Shown: positions 20,856 to 29,459 of the stretch, one piece after another
How positions within the stretch are numbered: position 1 is the stretch's first letter
Layout of the letters: each line of letters opens with the position of its first letter
IMG/VR virus record: IMGVR_UViG_2841255697_000002
Span: 10,177-74,176 of that record
Reading direction: 5' to 3' (one strand)
DNA length: 64,000 bases
Source of the DNA: a virus
Taxonomy: Duplodnaviria; Caudoviricetes
Translations under genes and position numbers: made by a program
Notes under the pieces: generated by a model
What the model was told of the DNA's origin: nothing
Databases searched by the model: none
The model's input: only the letters and a program-made list of their open reading frames with translations

Positions 20856-20899
20856 TTATGGTATAAAGCGACTAAAAAAACAAAGATAAGGAGTCTAAA

Positions 20900-21898
20900 A
20901 TGAATGATTTAACAGTTGACAACAGAAATGCGGTTAAGAATGGCAATTTTTGTTATTCTGAAGATTACACGAGAACACTATCGAGCAGTACACGGAAAAT
21001 GTATACGATGGAGATTATGAAGTTCTTCGATGTAGAGAGATTTGAAGAAATAACGGTAGAGCAAATTCAGGCCGTTACACCTGAGTGTGCGAACAGATGG
21101 GTTGAAGAGCTGGCTGAAGACGGAATAAAAAAATCAACAATCAACAAGAAGCTGGCCGCCATGCAAAATTTCTATAAATTCCTTTGCAGAAGAAGCGTCG
21201 GTCTTATGTCCTATAATCCATTTAGCACCGACGAGGGTTGCATAAGGTTCAAAAATACCGCTTCGCAAGCAAAAACAAGATTTCCTCTCGAAGTTGAGGA
21301 TATTGAAAATATGATTGATGCGGTGCCTAAACAATGTAAGACCAAAGCCCAAGAATTAATCTATACAAGAGATAGGCTGATTCTTCAAGTTCTATTTCTT
21401 ACAGGAATGCGGCGTGAAGAGCTGTGTAGACTAAAGGTTGGAGATGTACAAGGATACCAGAGCAAATATGTTGTTTATGTTATTGGCAAAGGAGAGAAGG
21501 GACGACACCTTGAAATTCCAAAGAAGACATTTGAAGGTATTAGTGAGTACCTTGAGATGCGTGGCCTTACCTTTCACAATTTTGATGAGCCATTATTCTC
21601 CAGCCATGCGAGGAATGTTTCGTCAGGAAAACTCTCAGGAGCAACAATTAACCAATTGGTTAAAAAATATGCAGAATTAGCTGGGATAGACCCTGACAGG
21701 GTTTCGCCGCATGTATTCAGACATACATTTTGTACAGAGAGTCTCAGAATCCCTGGCATCACCGAAACTGATGTCCAAGATTTAATGGGACATGCAGACA
21801 TTAGAACATTACGAATTTATGACCATATTGATCGAACCATTGAGCATTCCACAGCGGAAATTTTGGCTGAAAAAATTCATATAGGTAAGTCAAAATAA
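20900..21898 (+). CDS. Tyrosine recombinase (XerC/D-like integrase/resolvase)
   Basis: Complete catalytic set: TGMRREEL, GKG, PHVFRHT, LMGH, RIY. Confidence 0.92.
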   Translation: MNDLTVDNRNAVKNGNFCYSEDYTRTLSSSTRKMYTMEIMKFFDVERFEEITVEQIQAVTPECANRWVEELAEDGIKKSTINKKLAAMQNFYKFLCRRSVGLMSYNPFSTDEGCIRFKNTASQAKTRFPLEVEDIENMIDAVPKQCKTKAQELIYTRDRLILQVLFLTGMRREELCRLKVGDVQGYQSKYVVYVIGKGEKGRHLEIPKKTFEGISEYLEMRGLTFHNFDEPLFSSHARNVSSGKLSGATINQLVKKYAELAGIDPDRVSPHVFRHTFCTESLRIPGITETDVQDLMGHADIRTLRIYDHIDRTIEHSTAEILAEKIHIGKSK

Positions 21899-22220
21899 AA
21901 AATCGCATGAAATGACGCATATTCGAGTTTAATTCAGCAAACCCTAATAAGGTTACCTAAAAAATGATTTCTCGTCAATTAGATACCATTTTGCTCGAAA
22001 AACGACCATTTCGAATGTATGTTTGATGTGCGTTTTCAGGAGTTGCAAGAATTACATAGCAAAATAACGCTATTTATGGAGTGGAGAATAGAGCAGAGAT
22101 CAATTGAGAATATCCAGACAAAAATGACCAAATCAAGGAGATACTTTAGCACATTACATCATTATGGGTAAGCCTTATACCCCTTATTATTATATATTAA
22201 TATATTAATTAATTATATAT

Positions 22221-22365
22221 ATATTTATATATTCACTACGTTCATATATAAATATTTTAGTGGTGTTAAAAATTTAGGGTAATTCATGGAAATATAATTA
22301 AAAACAATAATCCTGTTATATGAGTCCTGGTATAAAGACATTATTCACTGCGTTCATAATGTCTT
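22221..22365. repeat. Two hairpins with near-identical 11-nt loops and unrelated stems
   Basis: ATATTTATATAT-TCACTACGTTC-ATATATAAATAT and AAGACATTAT-TCACTGCGTTC-ATAATGTCTT. Confidence 0.75.
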
Positions 22366-22460
22366 ACTCGCTTTGTTTTCCTGTCGGAAAAGGCAAAGCT
22401 CATAATATAGGCCGACAAGAGAATAATTAGTGTCCAGATAATGATACGAACTCTTAACGT

Positions 22461-22490
22461 AAGATCACCTTCGTGTGGTCTTTTTTTATT
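22461..22490 (+). terminator. Intrinsic terminator
   Basis: AAGATCAC-CTTCGT-GTGGTCTT followed by T run. Confidence 0.55.
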
Positions 22491-22899
22491 GCCTGGAATA
22501 GAATAATCAAATCAATGAACAGGAACAACAGAAAAGGCCAACTGGAGAAATAACGTACAAGGATTGTTTGAATTAGTCAAAATATGAAAAGAGTAACGAT
22601 TAAGTAGGTTTAAGCAAAAAATACTATTATAAGATGAAGTTTTGAAAGAAGAGTATCAGATTAGGTTAAATCAGGTCTGGAATGAAAGATAATTTAGGAG
22701 AAAAGCAATACAATAAAAGTTAACTAAGAGCAGAAATTAAGGGCCAAAAATTTTTTGACGAAAGCTTTGAAAGCCAGTAAAAATATAGGTTGTAGTGTAA
22801 GGTACCCCCGGCCTGGAAAAGAAAGAAAACAATGTTTCATTTTAGTAAACACCTCTGGTAAATCTATAGACAATATTTATACTTTACAGAAGTACTGTT

Positions 22900-23400
22900 C
22901 TATCAATGGTAAAATGAAATTTAACGCATTTGATTATATTTATAAATAAAATTATGTTAAAAGAGAGATTAATTTATTTATTGAATACATATAATAATAT
23001 TCAATATTATATGTATTAATGTAATTACATAATGACAAATAAAGTTGTCAAAATCAATATATTACAAATGTAATATATAATTACATATGTCACATGCTAT
23101 TACACATGTAATACTTGAATAATATTTAATACATATATATTTAATGTGTCATAAAATCCTTAAGTATAACAAATGAGTATAAACGTTATTAATTAACTTG
23201 ATATATATAATATATTACAATTACTTATTGTTGGAATATGACTAATTGCTTTATTAAATTGCATTATTCACTATATTAATAGTAATTATGATATTCTTAA
23301 TATATTTACATATAAGAATATACAATAATACACATATCATAATACATTAAATATAATTAACAATCATATATACTTCACATAACTAAAGCAACCTTTTCTG
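22900..23400. other. Extremely AT-rich non-coding tract with TTACA/TGTAA palindromes (origin or packaging-end candidate)
   Basis: No credible ORF; TGTAATTACA, TATTACAAATGTAATA, TATTACACATGTAATA. Confidence 0.45.
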
Positions 23401-23540
23401 ATCTAAAATTAAAAGCCTTATATCGCTTATTAAAGGCATATAAGGAAGGCTTTATAATAACCGAACATTAGCGAACGTTTTCTTAAATTGCTGAAAACCG
23501 CATAGATAGGGGATTTAAAAGATAAATAAAAAAATAGAAA

Positions 23541-23578
23541 ATAACGTGTTGACATAATGGTTTTTTACGTGCTACAAT
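23541..23578 (+). promoter_or_regulatory. Early promoter with overlapping operator motif ATAACGTGTTG
   Basis: TTGACA(23549)-18-TACAAT with extended TG; A-rich UP element. Confidence 0.7.
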
Positions 23579-23582
23579 ATAG

Positions 23583-24117
23583 ACACCGAAAGGGACAAGC
23601 CCTTGAGAGTGGACAAGCGGGTCCGATGTACAAAAGCCAACGCCAAAAAAAGGCGGTGAAAATTTCTTGACAAAACAAGTAAAAATTATCGGTTAAAGTT
23701 TTCCACATTTCTTAGAAAAAATGTGAGATAGGAAAACCTATTGTGTAATACAGGTTTTAAAAGTGAAGCCCTGTATTAACCCCAAAGCAGTAAACAGCTT
23801 TAACTTTGTATTATGGATAACCAGTACAAAGGCTTAAATAGGACACCTTGAAAAAGGCGGTATTTGACAAATGAATATCTGTATATTGGACGGATTGACA
23901 ACCCGGAAAATATGACAGACAGGGTATTAAGCTAGTATCCTGAATAAAGCACAAAAGTGCAAAGGCCGTTTATACCAACGTAAAAAGGTACACAAAACAA
24001 AAGTTAATCCCATTGTGTAGAGGATTTAAAGAATAGTACACAATGTTTTACCAGTTTTCAAGGCTGGATTCCAAAAACTGGACACCAAAGGGCATTTTTA
24101 AAAGTGTTTTTTGGTGT
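23583..24117 (+). ncRNA. Candidate large structured RNA / leader (~535 nt)
   Basis: At least 10 consecutive hairpins, many with G-U pairs on the plus strand; no ORF with RBS; starts at promoter. Confidence 0.55.
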
Positions 24118-24274
24118 AGGGAAATAACATATTTTTTTACAAAGTTTAAAAGTAACGTGTTGACATTAGAGTTTTTGTCTTTTGGAAAGCAGACAATAAA
24201 GAACTTTATCCGGGTGCAAGGTCTAGTATTCAAAAATCCCCCTGATACTCAAACTATCGAGAGGGGGTGAGAAA

Positions 24275-24391
24275 ATGCTGGATAAGGTTTTAAACTTGTT
24301 GGATAGACTTTTAAAGTTTTTGACAACAAAAAAACGACCTATGATCGCTATTCACATTAGCATTAAGGTCGTTATAATCCGCAAGCGATAA
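24275..24391 (+). CDS. 38-aa cationic/hydrophobic peptide, type I toxin-like
   Basis: MLDKVLNLLDRLLKFLTTKKRPMIAIHISIKVVIIRKR; RBS in hairpin; antisense promoter downstream. Confidence 0.55.
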   Translation: MLDKVLNLLDRLLKFLTTKKRPMIAIHISIKVVIIRKR

Positions 24392-24462
24392 GCTAAAATC
24401 CTTGCACCTTTATTATACCACGTTTGATAAAAAATGCAATATAGAAAGTTGAGGACAACAAA

Positions 24463-24681
24463 ATGAAATGGGAGCTAATACATGAATGGAGTCCCGATGA
24501 TGTAGACCCGACATGCTGGGCTATAGAAATTAACAGTGCAGAATACGGGGATTATATTTGGATAACAGAAATGCCAAAAGGCTATGTGGTTGAATACCGT
24601 GAAGGAGATTCTTGTATAGAAATTATTGCTTTTAAGACGCTTCCAGATGCTCAAGAATGGGTTGGGCATTGGCTGTTTTAA
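24463..24681 (+). CDS. Early hypothetical protein
   Basis: GAGGA RBS, acidic/aromatic small protein. Confidence 0.65.
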   Translation: MKWELIHEWSPDDVDPTCWAIEINSAEYGDYIWITEMPKGYVVEYREGDSCIEIIAFKTLPDAQEWVGHWLF

Positions 24682-24699
24682 AACAAGGGAGAAACCACA

Positions 24700-24879
24700 A
24701 TGAAAAAAGAACGATTAACGAAAATCGAAAAAGAGCAAATTAAAGAATATGCAATTGCACATTCAAACGCGGCATGTGAGTACGCAATTCATGAGAGTTT
24801 AGAGCGTGACGAATGTTTTTATTGGCTGGAATATGTTAGAGCTAATGAAAAGCTATTTAGATATATTGATTCATTATAA
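24700..24879 (+). CDS. Early hypothetical protein (59 aa)
   Basis: Not in track; AAGGGAG RBS, MKKERLTKIEKEQIKEYAIAH... Confidence 0.6.
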   Translation: MKKERLTKIEKEQIKEYAIAHSNAACEYAIHESLERDECFYWLEYVRANEKLFRYIDSL

Positions 24880-24895
24880 AAGGAGAGTAACAAAA

Positions 24896-25183
24896 ATGGA
24901 TGAAAACAGGATGCAGTTTATTTTAAACAAGCTAGAAGAATTTGAATTTACTCTTGATCTGTTGGAGGCGGATATAAAAAGTGTAGGCAAGGTAACACTT
25001 GCTGGTTCCCTTATAGAGGCAAGCAGCATAAACGGGTATGCACTTGCCCTTACAGCGGAAACATACTTATACATAAAACAAAGGGTTCCGTTTTTAGAAG
25101 ACATTAATGGTCGTATTACAGAAGTTGAAATACGTTCTAGACGCTTATGCGGGGCTTTGGCATCGGGGTTAATAGCATGTTAA
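24896..25183 (+). CDS. Early hypothetical protein
   Basis: AGGAG RBS places start at 24896. Confidence 0.6.
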   Translation: MDENRMQFILNKLEEFEFTLDLLEADIKSVGKVTLAGSLIEASSINGYALALTAETYLYIKQRVPFLEDINGRITEVEIRSRRLCGALASGLIAC

Positions 25184-25257
25184 CGTTTGCACAAGGTTTT
25201 ATTTCTGGTATAGCGGCATTGTATGCGGTATGGCTATTTAAAGAAGCCTACAAATAA
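25177..25257 (+). CDS. 26-aa membrane peptide
   Basis: MLTFAQGFISGIAALYAVWLFKEAYK; GGGG RBS. Confidence 0.45.
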   Translation: MLTFAQGFISGIAALYAVWLFKEAYK

Positions 25258-25385
25258 AAAGAAGCCTCTAACGATTGCGGCGGTAGAGGCTGAGTGTAAC
25301 GGCACGGCCAAAACAAGAAAAAAGGCCATATGTTACAAGAAAATAATAACATATGGCCTCTAAAAAGGAAAGAGGTTAATAAAAA

Positions 25386-25901
25386 ATGAAGAGAGAAAAA
25401 ATAAGAGAACAAGAAAACTGGATTTTAGAGCGTGAAGAAAAATATCGGTATATGCTGTTATCTCGTATGCAAATGGATTGCGAATATTTTCTAGGGTATG
25501 GGAATAGATATGAAGGCCACTTATGGGCCTTAAAAGTAGAGGATCAGATTCATTACATGCGATTTATATTAAATTCATTCAGTGATGATGAAAAACCGGA
25601 CTGGATAACAGCGGAACAGATAGATCAATTTGAGAAAGAGATGTTAGCAGGTGAGAGAATACGGGACACCTTTTACCATAATCGAGGCGATGAGGCTTGC
25701 TATAAGGACTGTTTCGGCTATTTGGGTTATATGACCGCAGATAGCGTTAAAAAAATAAAAGAGAAAAAAGAGGCTTATGAAAAAGAGCTAGGCACTGAAT
25801 ATGACCTGTATAACAGCGATAACCAGTATAAAGAAGGCTATATTGAATCGGCCGAAAGGTTGATCACGTATTATAAAGAATGCACTTCAGAGGAGGCGTA
25901 A
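25386..25901 (+). CDS. LPD11 (large polyvalent protein domain 11) protein
   Basis: YMLLSRMQMDCEYFLGYGNR...LWA...QI..M...EKPDWIT.EQI..FEKEM. Confidence 0.8.
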   Translation: MKREKIREQENWILEREEKYRYMLLSRMQMDCEYFLGYGNRYEGHLWALKVEDQIHYMRFILNSFSDDEKPDWITAEQIDQFEKEMLAGERIRDTFYHNRGDEACYKDCFGYLGYMTADSVKKIKEKKEAYEKELGTEYDLYNSDNQYKEGYIESAERLITYYKECTSEEA

Positions 25902-25903
25902 AA

Positions 25904-26305
25904 ATGAAGTCATATTTACAACATGCTGGATACCTTGAAATCAAGAATTTTATCGGTAAACAACACGATTGGCGGGGTTATATCTGGTATCCAGAAATTG
26001 TGACAAAAACAGATGATTCATTGGTAATCTGTTTGAATACCGATGAATATTCCCATAATTTTGAAGATTCATTATATGTACTCTATGAAGCCTTAATGGA
26101 AAAAGATGTTTATCTTGAGTCTGAATCCGGTAGAGATTGGCTAATTGACTACAATAGAGGTCAACTTGTTTATGGGTTTATAACCTATTGTGATCCTATG
26201 AGGGAATTATGGGAAATGCTAATAGACGAAGGTGGATTTATATCATTTGAATATTGGACTAAAGAAGAAAGTGAAGAAATTATTGATGGTTTGAAATATG
26301 AATAA
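25904..26305 (+). CDS. Early hypothetical protein
   Basis: AGGAGG RBS then ATG 25904. Confidence 0.6.
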   Translation: MKSYLQHAGYLEIKNFIGKQHDWRGYIWYPEIVTKTDDSLVICLNTDEYSHNFEDSLYVLYEALMEKDVYLESESGRDWLIDYNRGQLVYGFITYCDPMRELWEMLIDEGGFISFEYWTKEESEEIIDGLKYE

Positions 26306-26384
26306 GTGTCAATTTTCCGGTATTCCAAAGAGTGCCGGAACATGGGCATTTACCCCAAAAGCGACTAAGAAAGAAGGAAGTGTG

Positions 26385-26477
26385 ATGGATTTTATAACTG
26401 GATTCATGTTTTGTCTTGGTGTTGAATATTTAGTTTGGATTGTTAGAGAAATTAATAAATGTGAGGTGGAGAAATGA
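26385..26477 (+). CDS. 30-aa membrane peptide
   Basis: MDFITGFMFCLGVEYLVWIVREINKCEVEK; stop overlaps ardA start (ATGA). Confidence 0.5.
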   Translation: MDFITGFMFCLGVEYLVWIVREINKCEVEK

Positions 26478-27001
26478 TTGAATTAAGAGGATATTTAACG
26501 AATCTCGAAAAATATAACGAGGGTGAATTGATAGGAGAATGGGTAACATTCCCAATTGACGAGGACGAACAAGACGAGATTTTTAAGAGAATAGGCATAA
26601 AGAATGAATATGGAGAATATTTCCTTGAATATTTCTTTACTGATTATGAATGTGATGTTCCCAGTGTATGTGATGATCTGGCGGAGTATTCCAGTATTGA
26701 TAATTTTAATGACTTAGCTGAAGCTTTAGAAAGTGTTGATGATGAGGACTTGTTAGCGGCTGCTATAGAACTCGGCGGGTATGATGTCATGGATATTATA
26801 GAAAACATCGACGATTACTCGTTACGTACAGATATAAATAACGATTATGACTTAGGTTATGAGTATATAGTTGAAGGCTGTGCTTTGGATACTCCAGATT
26901 ATCTTGAAAATTACATTGATTATGAGGCGTTTGGGCGTGACTTAAGAATGGACTTATACGGTGCTTTTACGGACTGGGGATGGGTGGAAAGAGTAGGATA
27001 A
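26474..27001 (+). CDS. ardA: Antirestriction protein ArdA (DNA mimic)
   Basis: TNLEKYNEGELIGEWVTFP, EYFFTDYE, YIDYEAFGRDL; very acidic. Confidence 0.9.
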   Translation: MIELRGYLTNLEKYNEGELIGEWVTFPIDEDEQDEIFKRIGIKNEYGEYFLEYFFTDYECDVPSVCDDLAEYSSIDNFNDLAEALESVDDEDLLAAAIELGGYDVMDIIENIDDYSLRTDINNDYDLGYEYIVEGCALDTPDYLENYIDYEAFGRDLRMDLYGAFTDWGWVERVG

Positions 27002-27013
27002 GGAGATCAAGTC

Positions 27014-27295
27014 ATGATAACAATAGAAGTATCAAAATATAACGTGGATGTATATGATACCGATTTTGAGCGGAATGGATACAAATACTATGCAATAAGA
27101 ATAACTGAGTTTAACGGGAATGACAAAGAAATAGGCAATAACCTAGTCTATGTGATAGATTTTCCCAATAATGACACCATTGAAAAAATCAAACGTTACT
27201 GCGTTGATATTGATAATATTGATTATTTAATGTTACTGCCTAAAAATACAACAATAAAGTTAGTAGATCGAATATACGCAAAAATTGTTTATTAA
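27014..27295 (+). CDS. Early hypothetical protein
   Basis: AAGGAG RBS. Confidence 0.6.
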   Translation: MITIEVSKYNVDVYDTDFERNGYKYYAIRITEFNGNDKEIGNNLVYVIDFPNNDTIEKIKRYCVDIDNIDYLMLLPKNTTIKLVDRIYAKIVY

Positions 27296-27370
27296 TGCGT
27301 TTTAGATGAGGGCTTTGCGGAGCCTTCTCTAAAGGGTATTGTCCTAAATTAAGGAAAGAAGGGGAAGGTA

Positions 27371-27925
27371 ATGAAATTTCAAACGAATACTGACATATTG
27401 AAGTTACTAGATGCTGGATTGTATGAAAGTTATTTAGGTAGAATCGTATATGGTGAAGATAAACTTGAAAAGGTTGAGCAAAATCTAAAGGTAGTCGAAA
27501 ATGAAGCATTAAGACTTTTAAATGAGTTATTTCTAGAATTACCGTTTAAAGCCGTTTTAAGTAATCCACAATATTGGCATCCTAAATTCTACAACTATGA
27601 AACTGACTGTATTTTGTTCGATATAGAAGTGGACGAAAATTTCCTCGACAAGTATGTGAGCGAAAGACTGGATTATCGGTTTTATAACTTTATTTTTCAA
27701 CATTACTGTTCATATGATGGATTTCTTAGTTTTTATCCATATACCAAAGAAGAATTCCATAATGTTTTTAAAAGCGAACATAAGTATAAATGCGTCAATC
27801 AAGTTATTACTTACTACATTGCCTGTGAAGTTTGGGAGAGTAAAGATATTACGGCAGCGTATCAGTTTGACAATCTGCAATGGGATTTCATAGAAAATGT
27901 GTATGAAAAAATAGAATTCATTTAG
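27371..27925 (+). CDS. Early hypothetical protein
   Basis: PKFYNYETD and SYDGFLSFY motifs seen in phage early proteins. Confidence 0.65.
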   Translation: MKFQTNTDILKLLDAGLYESYLGRIVYGEDKLEKVEQNLKVVENEALRLLNELFLELPFKAVLSNPQYWHPKFYNYETDCILFDIEVDENFLDKYVSERLDYRFYNFIFQHYCSYDGFLSFYPYTKEEFHNVFKSEHKYKCVNQVITYYIACEVWESKDITAAYQFDNLQWDFIENVYEKIEFI

Positions 27926-27936
27926 GAGGTCAAATC

Positions 27937-28179
27937 ATGAAAGAAGCAGTAGAAAGAACAATTAAAGTGCCTGTTTTATGGATGATGTATGGAGAAATAG
28001 AGCTGGACATTCAAGTTGATGAAAATGCAGATGAAGAGGAGATTTTAGACAAAGTTTTCAATGAGTTTTATGATCATTATAAGGATATTCCTTTGCCTGA
28101 AGGTTATTATTTAGAGGATTCTTTCGAACTAAACATAGATGAAGAGAATGCTGACTTTTTAGAATTTTATAACAAATAA
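27937..28179 (+). CDS. Small acidic hypothetical protein
   Basis: AGGAGG RBS; IPLPEGYYLEDSFE. Confidence 0.65.
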   Translation: MKEAVERTIKVPVLWMMYGEIELDIQVDENADEEEILDKVFNEFYDHYKDIPLPEGYYLEDSFELNIDEENADFLEFYNK

Positions 28180-28312
28180 AATAGCCGCCAATAAGGAGCA
28201 CCGGCGGCCAACAAATCACTGAACGAACAATACAAAAGCGACTAAGTAAGGAGTCAGTGACCTGTAAACCTATTATAACAGGCCGCTTTGATAAAAACAA
28301 GGAGAGAAAAAA

Positions 28313-29023
28313 ATGGAATGTGCATTAATTGAAAGATATATTGAAGATGGATATAACCCCTGTGGACTTGACGGTGAGCCTGTGCCAATGATTTTCAACA
28401 AATTGGCCTATCCTGGAGAAATTCAGGAGGTTGTTACAGATGAGGTTGTGATTTTTGATAAACAAGACTACCTGGAAGTCCAGAAACGGTGTGAAACGGA
28501 AGATGTTTTAGATTTAATGAAAGAATTCGGGGAGTTATTTTATGAGTACGACGATTTGTTTTTAGACAATGTAAATCAAGATGATGTGATTTTTTACATA
28601 GGAGAATGGGCTGATCCAATATCTGATATTGTCACGAATGACTTCATAGCAAAAGAAGATTTGAATACACATGATTACCTTAGATATTGGAGTGATGGTC
28701 ATTGGGAAACACAATGGATTGAGGGCAGGACCGATCTTGAAGTTGAAACAGATTATTTTAATCTGGATCGCTGGAACGGCAGTAATAAGGAGTTTCATAG
28801 TGTTGGACATCATGCGCGAGTATATCGGATTCAAACAATTGACGGTGAACCTGTTAAAAATAAGTACCTCGTAGAACTTTGGAGCCAATGGCAAGGGGAA
28901 GAACTGAGCGATGGCTGTATTATGAATGAAGAAGAACTGCACCAATACTTTACAATAAATTTTAGAGACTATGAGCAAGAATGGCAGGAATTTTTAGAAT
29001 TTGATTGCCAGGGGGAAGTTTGA
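28313..29023 (+). CDS. Acidic hypothetical protein
   Basis: AAGGAG RBS; WSQWQG motif. Confidence 0.65.
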   Translation: MECALIERYIEDGYNPCGLDGEPVPMIFNKLAYPGEIQEVVTDEVVIFDKQDYLEVQKRCETEDVLDLMKEFGELFYEYDDLFLDNVNQDDVIFYIGEWADPISDIVTNDFIAKEDLNTHDYLRYWSDGHWETQWIEGRTDLEVETDYFNLDRWNGSNKEFHSVGHHARVYRIQTIDGEPVKNKYLVELWSQWQGEELSDGCIMNEEELHQYFTINFRDYEQEWQEFLEFDCQGEV

Positions 29024-29080
29024 TGTTGGTTGCAATTGTAATAGTGATTATTTGCTTAATACTGTTGGGAGGATAAATAA

Positions 29081-29251
29081 ATGATTAAATGTAAGGATAC
29101 GGCTTGTGCCTTTAATACATCTGGTGGAACCATGTGTTGTATTGAATGTGATCTTAGAGAGAATTGTACAAGTTTTTGTGGGGTTGCTGAAGAAGATGAA
29201 TGGCAAAATTGTGAGTATGCAATAGATATTGATAAAATTCAGTATGATTAA
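29081..29251 (+). CDS. Cys-rich small protein (56 aa)
   Basis: Not in track; GGAGG RBS; MIKCKDTACAF...CCIECDLRENCTSFC. Confidence 0.55.
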   Translation: MIKCKDTACAFNTSGGTMCCIECDLRENCTSFCGVAEEDEWQNCEYAIDIDKIQYD

Positions 29252-29389
29252 ATAATAGCTGCCCTATCGGCTATACGGGGATGCCTAACAATATGACCAA
29301 ATTGTAGAGTTCAAATTAGGAGGTGGTTAAATTGGTCTAATAGGCAATTCCATATTGTTTACCTCTTAGCCGGGGAAACCCGGTTTTAA

Positions 29390-29459
29390 CATCGGTTAGC
29401 TCAAGGCCGGTAGAGCAGACTGTAAAGTCAAGATAATGGTTCAAATCCATTACCGATGA
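29390..29459 (+). ncRNA. tRNA-like RNA with shortened anticodon arm (Tyr-like, GTA)
   Basis: Perfect acceptor CATCGGT/ACCGATG, D arm GCTC/GAGC, T arm AATGG-TTCAAAT-CCATT; anticodon arm only GAC-TGTAAA-GTC. Confidence 0.7.

Larger units (their letters stand above)
20736..20867. repeat. 18-bp perfect inverted repeat (20736-20753 / 20850-20867) covering both -10/+1 regions
   Basis: TTTATACCATAAATTATA and TATAATTTATGGTATAAA. Confidence 0.85.

Noticed and set aside
21899-22200. attL/attR prophage boundary after the recombinase
   Set aside because: Phage genes continue on both sides; no host gene or tRNA-end duplication is visible
22755-24270. Track ORFs 22755-22949, 24043-24270 and 24048-24233
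   Set aside because: No SD, and they overlap structured or AT-rich non-coding sequence
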